IMG/VR virus record: IMGVR_UViG_3300032238_000599
Span: 80,987 to 144,986 of that record
Reading direction: 5' to 3' (one strand)
DNA length: 64,000 nt
Origin: a virus
Made by a program: the position numbers and the translations under genes. Shown one piece after another: positions 10,286 through 19,314 of the stretch. Numbering within the stretch: the first letter of the stretch is position 1; each line of letters starts with the position of its first letter. The notes under the pieces were generated by a model, which was given only the letters and a program-made list of their open reading frames with translations, had not been told where the DNA came from and did no database searches.

Positions 10286-11968
10286 ATGAGAAAAATCTTT
10301 AGCGTACCATTAAATCCAAAACTAAACGAACAACAATTTAACGAGTTTTATGAGTTTTTAAAAACTTATAAAGACTACATTCGTGACGTATATTTTACTA
10401 GCCGAATTGCTCCATTTAAGCAAGACGCAATGGGTGATGTATTCTTTATTCAAGAAGATGAAAGCCAAGCAATTCATGCGGCACTACATATTCAGCGTAC
10501 ACTAGACATTCCTGTTAGCGCAACCTTTAACAATATCAATGTTCCGCCTACGCAACAAAACTTAGATTTGTTTATTAAAAACTTTAAACCATTGTATGAT
10601 GCTGGGGTACGCAATGCTACTATTCCACACACACATTGGATGGCAACAGGACAAATTAAACGTGCATTTCCAGACTTGTATGTTAAAAACACAATCCTAC
10701 GTAATGTAACAACAGCACAAGAAGTAGTTAATCTTGCAGGCTATGGGTTTGACTACATTAACCTTGATAGAGATTTAATGCGTAACAGAGATGCACTATT
10801 ACAAATTAAAAAAGCCAAGCAATATGTTAAAGATACAATGGGCAAAGACATTGCTATTAGCCTGTTAGCTAATGAGGGATGTGCTGGTGGTTGTTCAATG
10901 ATGGATGAACACTATCACTTTAACAACACTAGAGATAGTGCTCGTCCGCAATACTTTAACGATCCTATTAGTCGTGTTAGTTGCCCAAGTTGGGACGTAC
11001 AAGATCCCGCTATCTTCTTAAAACGTGCAAACTTTACTCCATGGAGAGCAGATTGGGACGAGTTTATCGATGAGCTAGGCATTGATAGTATTAAAATGCA
11101 TGGTAGAGAAGCACCTACTCGCCTATACGAAACTATGGATATGATTGAACGTTATGCGGCTGGAGAAGAATTACTGTACCCTACATTTGAACAATACCTA
11201 GAAGACACTAATCTAGCAGAAAAGCCTATTACTGTATGGCGTGAAAAAATTAAAAATTGTAAGTTTGAATGTTGGGATTGTCAATATTGTGATAAAGTCT
11301 ACAAAGCCAAGTCAGATATAGAAGCTAGTGAACTAGTTAAACACGTAGCAGCCTGCATCGAACAAAGTGGTGTACCTACAATTAAGTTAGATATTCCAGG
11401 ATTAACTAGCATTCGTGTACAATCATTGCTTAATAGATTAGCGCAAGGTGTAGATACTTACTTAGAAGTGGGCACAGCATTAGGCGCAACATTCTGCGCG
11501 GTAATCAAAGACAATCCAATTACTGCTATTGCTATTGATAACTGGGTTGACAATGTACAACCTCGTAATGAAGGGCGTGTTGCTATGCCACAAAACGACA
11601 TTCAAGTATTTGCAGAGAATGTACGCAAGTATCAAGGCAATAGTAAAATTACAGTATTGAATGGTAATTGTTTTAATACAGATGTTACACCATTTGCAGG
11701 ACAAGTTAAGATGTTTTTCTATGATGGCCCTCATGAAGTTGAGGCATGTAAGCTAGCAATGACACACTTTGCTCCTGCGCTAGCAGAAGAAGCTATTGTA
11801 ATTTTTGATGATGCCAACTGGAATAATGTAGTTGAAGGTGCAAAGCAAGGCATTGAAGCCGCAGGACTAAAAGTCAGCTATGAAAAAATACTATTAAATG
11901 ATGAAGAAGATGCTAACGCTTGGTGGAACGGTTTGTATATTGCAGTCGTGAGGAAACCTAATGATTAA
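10286..11968 (+). CDS. U32-like (Fe-S, TIM-barrel) domain fused to a class I SAM-dependent methyltransferase (Methyltransf_24-like)
   Basis: INLDRDLMR, LLANEGCAGGCxxxxxHY, KMHGRE and CxxxCxxCxxC in the N-terminal part; YLEVGTALGATF, FFYDGPH and IVIFDD in the C-terminal part. Confidence 0.7.
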   Translation: MRKIFSVPLNPKLNEQQFNEFYEFLKTYKDYIRDVYFTSRIAPFKQDAMGDVFFIQEDESQAIHAALHIQRTLDIPVSATFNNINVPPTQQNLDLFIKNFKPLYDAGVRNATIPHTHWMATGQIKRAFPDLYVKNTILRNVTTAQEVVNLAGYGFDYINLDRDLMRNRDALLQIKKAKQYVKDTMGKDIAISLLANEGCAGGCSMMDEHYHFNNTRDSARPQYFNDPISRVSCPSWDVQDPAIFLKRANFTPWRADWDEFIDELGIDSIKMHGREAPTRLYETMDMIERYAAGEELLYPTFEQYLEDTNLAEKPITVWREKIKNCKFECWDCQYCDKVYKAKSDIEASELVKHVAACIEQSGVPTIKLDIPGLTSIRVQSLLNRLAQGVDTYLEVGTALGATFCAVIKDNPITAIAIDNWVDNVQPRNEGRVAMPQNDIQVFAENVRKYQGNSKITVLNGNCFNTDVTPFAGQVKMFFYDGPHEVEACKLAMTHFAPALAEEAIVIFDDANWNNVVEGAKQGIEAAGLKVSYEKILLNDEEDANAWWNGLYIAVVRKPND

Positions 11969-13487
11969 TAAAGTCAGACGTATTACAATATTTGGTGGTG
12001 GAACTAGTGGTTGGTTAAGTGCCGCATACTTGTCACGCAACCTAAAGATACCTGCAGAAATTACACTAATTGAAGATACTAGTCTAGGACCCATTGGTGT
12101 AGGAGAAGGCACACAGCCTATGACTGCTCGGTTTCTACATGAGTGTGGAATTGAACCCAAAGACTGGTTAAAAGACAGCAATGCTGTGTTCAAATATGGT
12201 GTTGAACTTATTGGATGGAATGACGAGCCTTACTTTGTAGACAATGATGTGCCTATTAACTGTATTGTAGGCAGTAAGTTGTTTACCAGCGATTACTTTA
12301 TTGACAAACCCTACAGCGAAGTTGCCGCGTGGCACCCTGCTTATCAACTAGCCAAGGCAAATGTGTCTAGCAAGTTTGACGAATACCTCGACGTTAATCA
12401 CGGTAGTGGACCCGAAAGTTATGGTGCTGTACACTTTGATGCTTATGCTATCCTACGTAGTATTAAAAACATCTTAGGCGACAGTATCAAACACATTGAC
12501 ACAAAGATTACAGACATTAGACAAGACGTCTACGGCATTACAGAACTTGTAGGTGTCGATGGAACCAAGTATACTGCTGACTTGTTTGTTGATTGCAGTG
12601 GATTTCAAAGTCTGTTACTAGAAAAAACACTAAAAAGCCCCTTCACAAGTTACAGTAACATTTTACCTTGTGACAGCGCAGTAGTATTTCAGACACAGTA
12701 TAAGGATCCGCAGAAAGAATGTCATCCATATACTAAAGCAACTACAATGAACGCTGGATGGCGTTTTACTATTCCCACATTTAAACGTGTAGGTAACGGG
12801 TATGTTTACAGTAGCAAACACATTACACCTGAGCAAGCTGAACAAGAAATGCGTGAAGCGTTAGGTGAGTTTGAAGCACCAGCAAGACATTTAAAAATGA
12901 AGTGTGGCGTACACAAAGAAACAGCAGTTAAAAATGTCTGTGCTGTAGGACTTGCCGCTGGATTTATTGAACCCTTAGAAGCAACAGGCATTACATTTAC
13001 TACAGCCGCAGTTAAATCGTTAACAGAATTACTAAACATGACTAACAATGTTTGGAATGATTTCTGCAGACAAAACATCAATCGCGGGTTTTACGAAATG
13101 ACGACTGAGATTCTAGCATTTGTATGGGCACATTACCATTTCAGTAGCCGCAATGACACTGAGTTTTGGCAAGACATACGTAAGCAAGAGTTAAAAAATG
13201 CACCCAAAGAAGTTCAAGAAATACTAAGTTTCTTTTTGCCACGACCCCAGAAATATATCTTTATAAATCCTAGTAGTATGTTCTGTAACTTTCAGTGGTT
13301 TACCATGTTACATGCAGGTGGCGCATACAAGAATGTTGCTAGCGATCTAAGTGAAAAACAAAAAGCCTATACTAAGTATTTCTTAGATAGCCACACAGCT
13401 AGAGTAAATCTAGCTAAAGAAACATTCCCTAATCAATATGACTATTTAGAAACATGGTACACTGATTGGGACTTATCGGAGTTTTAA
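11961..13487 (+). CDS. Flavin-dependent (tryptophan) halogenase family protein
   Basis: GGGTSGW, IGVGEGT, AVFKYG (catalytic Lys position), FVDCSG, GWRFTIP, FIEPLEATG and FW motifs. Confidence 0.85.
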   Translation: MINKVRRITIFGGGTSGWLSAAYLSRNLKIPAEITLIEDTSLGPIGVGEGTQPMTARFLHECGIEPKDWLKDSNAVFKYGVELIGWNDEPYFVDNDVPINCIVGSKLFTSDYFIDKPYSEVAAWHPAYQLAKANVSSKFDEYLDVNHGSGPESYGAVHFDAYAILRSIKNILGDSIKHIDTKITDIRQDVYGITELVGVDGTKYTADLFVDCSGFQSLLLEKTLKSPFTSYSNILPCDSAVVFQTQYKDPQKECHPYTKATTMNAGWRFTIPTFKRVGNGYVYSSKHITPEQAEQEMREALGEFEAPARHLKMKCGVHKETAVKNVCAVGLAAGFIEPLEATGITFTTAAVKSLTELLNMTNNVWNDFCRQNINRGFYEMTTEILAFVWAHYHFSSRNDTEFWQDIRKQELKNAPKEVQEILSFFLPRPQKYIFINPSSMFCNFQWFTMLHAGGAYKNVASDLSEKQKAYTKYFLDSHTARVNLAKETFPNQYDYLETWYTDWDLSEF

Positions 13488-13928
13488 ATGTTAAAAAAAT
13501 TAACCACAACTAGCTATGAAATTTACGAAGTTGAGCAACGTGAGTCCACTGACGATAACTATCTAGCAGTAAAAATTTGGAAAGATAGACAAAAGCTACG
13601 CCGCTGGCTTATTGGCTTAATGAACGACCGAGAAGTTATTCTTACTTGGCGCGACAGCGGACAAGAAGTAACCGCAGTAGCTACCCGTAAGTTAGGCAAA
13701 TATGATATTGCACCAGTATTACCATCAGATGACGACATGCCTAAGATTAAAGATATTGTTAATCGAGAAGAAGTAGAAGAAATTCGTCACATAGCGTTTT
13801 ATTCTATGCCTGACAAGCAAATTATTGCAGTTTATTTAGACGACATTAGTCACTTTATTGTGTCTAATGAAGGCTTAAAAGAGCTAACAAATAAGCTAGT
13901 TGCAGCCGAACCTTTAATCACAGTATGA
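13488..13928 (+). CDS. Hypothetical protein (possible SH3/WYL-like barrel)
   Basis: 146-aa ORF abutting both neighbours; only weak resemblance to WYL-like domains. Confidence 0.5.
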   Translation: MLKKLTTTSYEIYEVEQRESTDDNYLAVKIWKDRQKLRRWLIGLMNDREVILTWRDSGQEVTAVATRKLGKYDIAPVLPSDDDMPKIKDIVNREEVEEIRHIAFYSMPDKQIIAVYLDDISHFIVSNEGLKELTNKLVAAEPLITV

Positions 13929-15109
13929 AAAGACGATTAGGAATCATCGGCGGCGGCACCGCAGGTATAATGAGTTTATGCCATTTTCTAACTTATTTGG
14001 ACAGCGAGTGGGAAGTTGTCTTAGTCTACGATCCTACAGCAGATATATTTGATGCACCAACTAGTGCTACTCCGGGATTTGTATCTGTCCTAGAAAGAGC
14101 ATTTAATTTTAGTTTATTAGATACTTTGGAACCTCTCAATGCTACACTAAAGTTTGGTTCCATTTGGAAAAATTGGAGGCAGCAAACATTTAATTTGCCT
14201 AACATTGGAGGCAATGCGGCTATACATTTTGATAGTCTTAAATTTAGAGACTATGTACTACCTAAATTAGAAGAGCATTGGCCTAATAAATTTAAATCTA
14301 TCACAGGACATCTTGACAGTCTTACAAATAAAGAAACACATGTTAGTGCCGTAGTCAACGGTGTTGAACACGTATTCAATTATGCTATGGACTGTCGTGG
14401 CGCACCTAATGACTGGGCGGACTATGAAGTATTAACTGATATGCCAGTTAATCATTCTTTTGTTCACAGTAAGAAATCGCCAGGTGACTGGACATATTCT
14501 GGGCAGAATGCAACTCCTTATGGTTGGATGTTTGAAATTCCCTTAGGTGATAGGCAATGCTATGGATATCATTACAATGATAATATCACTAGCAAAGAAG
14601 ATGCATTGGCAAATTTTGCAGAAATTATCAACGTCCCAGTTGAAGAATTGACAGTAACAGAATATCAATATAAAAGCTATTATGCAAACAAAGTGTTTGA
14701 CGGCAGGATAATGAAGAACGGGAATCGAGCTGTATTCTTTGAACCTATTAGTGCAAACTCTGTTTACATTTTTGATCAAGCCAACAGAATTTTTTATGCT
14801 TATTTGGCTAACAATATCAAAACCCCTGAAATTGTAAATCGAGAGTTTGTAAAAGTAGCAAATGATTTGCGAGAATTAATTTGCTATTACTATCACGGTG
14901 GTAGTATATACGACACTAAATTCTGGGACTATGCTAAAGAAGTTACCGGCAACGTTATTAGAAAAAGTGAAACAATTAAAGAAATTAGTTCCCAGTGTAA
15001 AAATTGGGTAGATAAACAAGCACCAGTTTATGCCCCAACTTGGTTTTTTACAGGTATACAACTTTACCATTTAGACAAAAATTTTGGCTACGGGTATTTT
15101 TCACAATAA
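13925..15109 (+). CDS. Short, cyanophage-type tryptophan halogenase family protein
   Basis: IIGGGTAG, ATLKFG, AIHFD, DCRG, GWMFEIP, NGNRAVFFEPI and FW motifs. Confidence 0.8.
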   Translation: MKRRLGIIGGGTAGIMSLCHFLTYLDSEWEVVLVYDPTADIFDAPTSATPGFVSVLERAFNFSLLDTLEPLNATLKFGSIWKNWRQQTFNLPNIGGNAAIHFDSLKFRDYVLPKLEEHWPNKFKSITGHLDSLTNKETHVSAVVNGVEHVFNYAMDCRGAPNDWADYEVLTDMPVNHSFVHSKKSPGDWTYSGQNATPYGWMFEIPLGDRQCYGYHYNDNITSKEDALANFAEIINVPVEELTVTEYQYKSYYANKVFDGRIMKNGNRAVFFEPISANSVYIFDQANRIFYAYLANNIKTPEIVNREFVKVANDLRELICYYYHGGSIYDTKFWDYAKEVTGNVIRKSETIKEISSQCKNWVDKQAPVYAPTWFFTGIQLYHLDKNFGYGYFSQ

Positions 15110-15117
15110 GTAATCAT

Positions 15118-15735
15118 ATGACATATCCACTAACCAACGACACTATAATGGCAACAGCATTAATGCCACCTTGGGCAAAACTAGACAATGTGTTTACTAC
15201 AGAGGAACTAGATAGAATCATAGCCTACTGCTCACAGTTTCAATTAGATGCTGGCGTAATTGGTAGTTACAATAAACAGACTGTAGATAAAGAACTACGC
15301 AAAAGTCAAATTAAAATGCTAGAGCCCAATAGCGAAACACAATGGATTTTTGAAAGACTAAATGCGGCAATATTTGATGCTAATAATTTCTTTTTTAGAT
15401 TTAACATAGTAGGTTACGACTTCTTACAGTACACAGAGTACAGCACTTTCGGTGATAACTACGGTTTCCACACTGATATGAGCTACGGCAAAGACGGTCG
15501 CGCTGAACCACACGCTCATAGAAAACTAAGTTTCATTCTAGTACTAGCTGAAGAAACTGAATACCAGGGCGCAGAGTTAGAGTTCATGGTATCCACAGAC
15601 GAAAAAGTTAAATGCGTCCAAAAAAAAGGTGACTTAATTTTATTCCCATCTTGGATACTACATCGCATTACTCCTATTATTAGTGGCAAACGTAAATCAT
15701 TAGTTGGTTGGGTAACAGGACCTAAATTCAAATGA
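15118..15735 (+). CDS. 2OG-Fe(II) oxygenase (prolyl-4-hydroxylase-like)
   Basis: HTD...RKLS...FPSWILHRITP...RKSLVGW; start moved to ATG 15118, 5 nt after TAAGTA. Confidence 0.85.
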   Translation: MTYPLTNDTIMATALMPPWAKLDNVFTTEELDRIIAYCSQFQLDAGVIGSYNKQTVDKELRKSQIKMLEPNSETQWIFERLNAAIFDANNFFFRFNIVGYDFLQYTEYSTFGDNYGFHTDMSYGKDGRAEPHAHRKLSFILVLAEETEYQGAELEFMVSTDEKVKCVQKKGDLILFPSWILHRITPIISGKRKSLVGWVTGPKFK

Positions 15736-16328
15736 CACAAATTAAACTTGTTCCTTTATTTCATTCTGATCTTTTTATCTTAGAAAACGTAGGTACTCGA
15801 GAACAAATCGATGCTCTAGTAAAACAAATTGCCGCCGAGAAAAAATCAGGCGCGGTAACACAGCCTCGCTCCAATGAAGGGTGCTGGCGAAGCAGTAGTA
15901 TGTGGACTGATATTGATTGGTTATACAAACGTATTGAAGAATTATTACAAACTGCTATAGACCACTACACTAAAATTGATAATGATTTTAAACCAGGTCC
16001 TGGAGTTACAGTAGAACAATGGACAAATGTAAATGATCCTGGATCAAGAAATGTGTTTCACGCTCATAAGTCGGCAGCATTTTCAGTGTGCTACTACATG
16101 CAAGCATCTGGGACCGGAGCATTACGGTTTGTAAATCCTAGTAACATTCTTAATGACTGCAATCACATAAGTCCCTTTACAAGAGGATTTCCTTACTATC
16201 CTAATGATAGAGATTTAGTGTTGTGGCCAGCATGGCTTCCGCACGAAGTAGAACCAAACTTATCAAAAAAACAACGCATTAATATGGCGTTTGACATAAC
16301 TTTTAAAGACACTACATCTCCTCAATGA
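15732..16328 (+). CDS. 2OG-Fe(II) oxygenase (TIGR02466-like, HxH type)
   Basis: WTNVN, HAH, FSVCYY, LWPAWLPHEV and RINMAF motifs. Confidence 0.8.
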   Translation: MTQIKLVPLFHSDLFILENVGTREQIDALVKQIAAEKKSGAVTQPRSNEGCWRSSSMWTDIDWLYKRIEELLQTAIDHYTKIDNDFKPGPGVTVEQWTNVNDPGSRNVFHAHKSAAFSVCYYMQASGTGALRFVNPSNILNDCNHISPFTRGFPYYPNDRDLVLWPAWLPHEVEPNLSKKQRINMAFDITFKDTTSPQ

Positions 16329-16372
16329 TAAGTAAATCAGCACTACATTGTAGTGCTTTTTAAGGAGAAAAG

Positions 16373-17413
16373 ATGGACTTCATCACAACTGTCCTGTTAA
16401 AGGACATTTCGTATCTATGGATGATATTCTTCATTATGATCACTGCCGGACTAGCAAAAGAGTATCAACTCTTTGCCCCGGCATTTGCCTATGTAAGAAA
16501 TACATTCCGTAGCAATAAGTTCGTTGTAGTACTCTTAAGCGCAATTGGAGGAGTTCTTCCAATTGAAGGCCGAGTCACTGTGTCAGCAGGTTTGCTTGAT
16601 ACAGTAGCACCTAAGGAAGGGCATGGCCGCGAGAAGTTGGGTATTGTTGATTACTTGAGTACGCACCACTATTATCTGTGGAGCCCTCTTGAGAAAACAG
16701 TTATCCTACCTATTGCGGCGTTTGGTCTAACTTACGGTGCGTGGCTTGGCTTAATTGCACCCTTGTTAGTTGTCAGTTTTGTATTCATCGCTTGGTACAT
16801 TTGGTCACAAGTACATGATGAAGAAATTACAATTACGCCCGGAAACTTTAAACTATCGGCAGTTTTACGCAATGTTTTACCAATGTTTATAGCCATTGGT
16901 TTTTACATCTATGAAAGCAAGTGGATGATTGCCTGTTTTGGTTTCCTAACACTATACTACATCATCATTAGCCAACAATGGAATATTAAGAAATTACTTT
17001 CTTATGTTCGATGGGATGTGTTAGCATGGGTAGGTGCAGTTATCGCATTAGGTAACTACATGAAAACTTATGATAGCGCATGGCAAACTATGCTAAAAGG
17101 AAGTATGCTCGACCCGCATACATTCGTAGGTATGGTAGCTATATCAGCTATTGGTTTCTTAGCTAGCTTCTTAATGGGTAGCAGTGGTAAATTTATTGCA
17201 ATTGCCGTATTAATGTCTCAAGTCTTCGGTGTTGAGTACTTTTTATGGTTCTTTGCTATTGACTTTGCTGGCTACTTAATTAGTCCTACACACAAATGTG
17301 TTATGATCGGTAATCGATATTTTGGTACACCTGTGGGAACTTACTATAAAGCACTAGGAACCTGGGGAGGATTGTTGCTAGCAACTGCTGGCGCAATTAC
17401 TTTCTTAAATTAA
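16373..17413 (+). CDS. Polytopic membrane transporter, probably ion-transporter (IT) superfamily (DUF401/CitMHS-like)
   Basis: AAGGAG RBS; many hydrophobic segments; GVLPIEG, MGSSG and ISPTHKC motifs. Confidence 0.65.
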   Translation: MDFITTVLLKDISYLWMIFFIMITAGLAKEYQLFAPAFAYVRNTFRSNKFVVVLLSAIGGVLPIEGRVTVSAGLLDTVAPKEGHGREKLGIVDYLSTHHYYLWSPLEKTVILPIAAFGLTYGAWLGLIAPLLVVSFVFIAWYIWSQVHDEEITITPGNFKLSAVLRNVLPMFIAIGFYIYESKWMIACFGFLTLYYIIISQQWNIKKLLSYVRWDVLAWVGAVIALGNYMKTYDSAWQTMLKGSMLDPHTFVGMVAISAIGFLASFLMGSSGKFIAIAVLMSQVFGVEYFLWFFAIDFAGYLISPTHKCVMIGNRYFGTPVGTYYKALGTWGGLLLATAGAITFLN

Positions 17414-17854
17414 GTCGATTAAATCAAATACAGTCTGAAGTTTTGTTCGGATTGTTTTGTTTGAGAAACTGTTTCGAAGCCCCTGATGAAGGGGCTTTGG
17501 CGCATAATCAATTGTGCTCCATGCCCATGCACAATGTTCTTCGCTTAGTACAGGAATAAATTCATCTTGTATGACGCACAAGTAAGTATGAAAATTAAAC
17601 ACTCTATCATTACTCACAAAAGTTTCAAGTGGAATAGTTTTTAAAATTTTAGGATGGCTACCAATTTCTTCAGAGACTTCACGTTGTAACCCCTGCCAAG
17701 GTGTTTCACCTTCAACGTTAGTGCCACCAACTAGCCCCCAAGTTCCCTTATGTTTGCCGTTGTTTTTTTGAAGTAATAAAAATCTTCCAGTAGACTTTGC
17801 GTAGAATAACGCACCACTGCAAACAATTTGATCTGTTATAATTCTAGGGACCAT
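17405..17854 (-). CDS. NUDIX hydrolase
   Basis: Nudix box GGTNVEGETPWQGLQREVSEEIG. Confidence 0.9.
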   Translation of the reverse strand: MVPRIITDQIVCSGALFYAKSTGRFLLLQKNNGKHKGTWGLVGGTNVEGETPWQGLQREVSEEIGSHPKILKTIPLETFVSNDRVFNFHTYLCVIQDEFIPVLSEEHCAWAWSTIDYAPKPLHQGLRNSFSNKTIRTKLQTVFDLIDLI

Positions 17855-19314
17855 GATCCTGCTCTATACTCACCTTCAAAGGACTTGACCCATGCTAGGC
17901 CTGCCCATTTGTACTGTACTCCAGTATATATGTTAGTTTGATAGACTGTTGGATCAGATTCGGAATGACTAGTTGAATTAAAAATTATATGCCATGTATC
18001 GCCATCCCACTCAATAATGTCGTTTTCTTTAGCAACAAAATCACTGCCGTCATTATTTTTCCAAGCATCCGGACCATCATCGTTAGAATTGTCACCCAAG
18101 TCTTCAATAATTAAATATCGAGTTCCTGCGCTAGGATTAAGTCCAGAACCTTTAGGTCCAGTTTTTTGAGGATCAATAATAGCATCAAAGGTTCCAGGAC
18201 TACTTACACGAACAGTTGAATACTCGCCAAATCCTGCAATTAATGTATTGGTTGGGTAGGTATCTTGGTCCCATGATACACTCATTAACGTATCATCCAT
18301 GGGATTTAATGCAACAGTTCCGACTATCTCATGTCCATCGTCTTGTATTAATCTGATAATACTAAAACCTGCACGATACATTCCGGGATACTGATCTAAA
18401 ACTGTACGCCAATTGATAGCGGGCCCTATTTTTTCTGCAATAGCAATAGCATCTCTTGATGGAATAACAGCTTCGTGAACATCTAATAATTTAGCAACCC
18501 CACCGTAAACTTGTAGACCAAAATTGCTAACTGTAGCGTGTGCTCGAGCAATTGGAGCATTTGGTAAATTAGTACTACCAGTAAGACCAGGATCGACCCC
18601 TAAGCCGTCGATATAACCGTTATCTCCATAATTTGCACCAGTGAATACATTACTAATAATACTTGTAATAATACCCAATTGCTTTACTTTAACTGGAGGA
18701 CTAATCCATACAGGTGTGCTAACAGTTAATGTAGCAATATCAATAGGACTATCTGCTCCTACCGGCACAGAGCGAGAACTAAAATTAGTACTATCTAGAT
18801 TTAAAACACTTAAACTTGTCCAGTCAATATAGTTGTCTGTTGTTTGTAACTCGACACTAGGATTAAACAACACTAGAATTTGTTCCATTAACTGTAATTT
18901 TTGTTCTGCACTAGTAGTCCACAAATCAACTTTTAAAGTTAACTTATACGGAGTAGGCATTAGGCGCTCAACAGTATAGTTCTCACCTTGTTCTCCAGTG
19001 TATTCGTAGTTTCCTGTACTTGGGTTGATCCAAGTATTACGCTCACGAATATGTACTTTACCTACATATGTTTGATCAGCAAGTCTAGATGTATCTAGTT
19101 CTAATCCACTAATATAAACAGCAATTCGTGGTGCAGAATTAATTTTGTTATCTGAGTTTTGTCTAATAATATTAGCAACTTGTCTATCTTGATCGCCATA
19201 CATTACTGGTACACGCACAAGTGTACCGTCACTATATTGAACTACAAAGTTACTAAAAAAACGTATAACTTGTACAATATATCGTCTTATCTGTCCGTCA
19301 TAAAAATATTGCAT
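17836..19314 (-). CDS. gp15: Tail sheath stabilizer / tail terminator (T4 gp15-like) with C-terminal extension
   Basis: YFYDGQIRRY...VPVMYG, MPTPY and QLMEQILVLFNP motifs; adjacent to the neck genes. Confidence 0.75.
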   Translation of the reverse strand: MQYFYDGQIRRYIVQVIRFFSNFVVQYSDGTLVRVPVMYGDQDRQVANIIRQNSDNKINSAPRIAVYISGLELDTSRLADQTYVGKVHIRERNTWINPSTGNYEYTGEQGENYTVERLMPTPYKLTLKVDLWTTSAEQKLQLMEQILVLFNPSVELQTTDNYIDWTSLSVLNLDSTNFSSRSVPVGADSPIDIATLTVSTPVWISPPVKVKQLGIITSIISNVFTGANYGDNGYIDGLGVDPGLTGSTNLPNAPIARAHATVSNFGLQVYGGVAKLLDVHEAVIPSRDAIAIAEKIGPAINWRTVLDQYPGMYRAGFSIIRLIQDDGHEIVGTVALNPMDDTLMSVSWDQDTYPTNTLIAGFGEYSTVRVSSPGTFDAIIDPQKTGPKGSGLNPSAGTRYLIIEDLGDNSNDDGPDAWKNNDGSDFVAKENDIIEWDGDTWHIIFNSTSHSESDPTVYQTNIYTGVQYKWAGLAWVKSFEGEYRAGSWSLEL

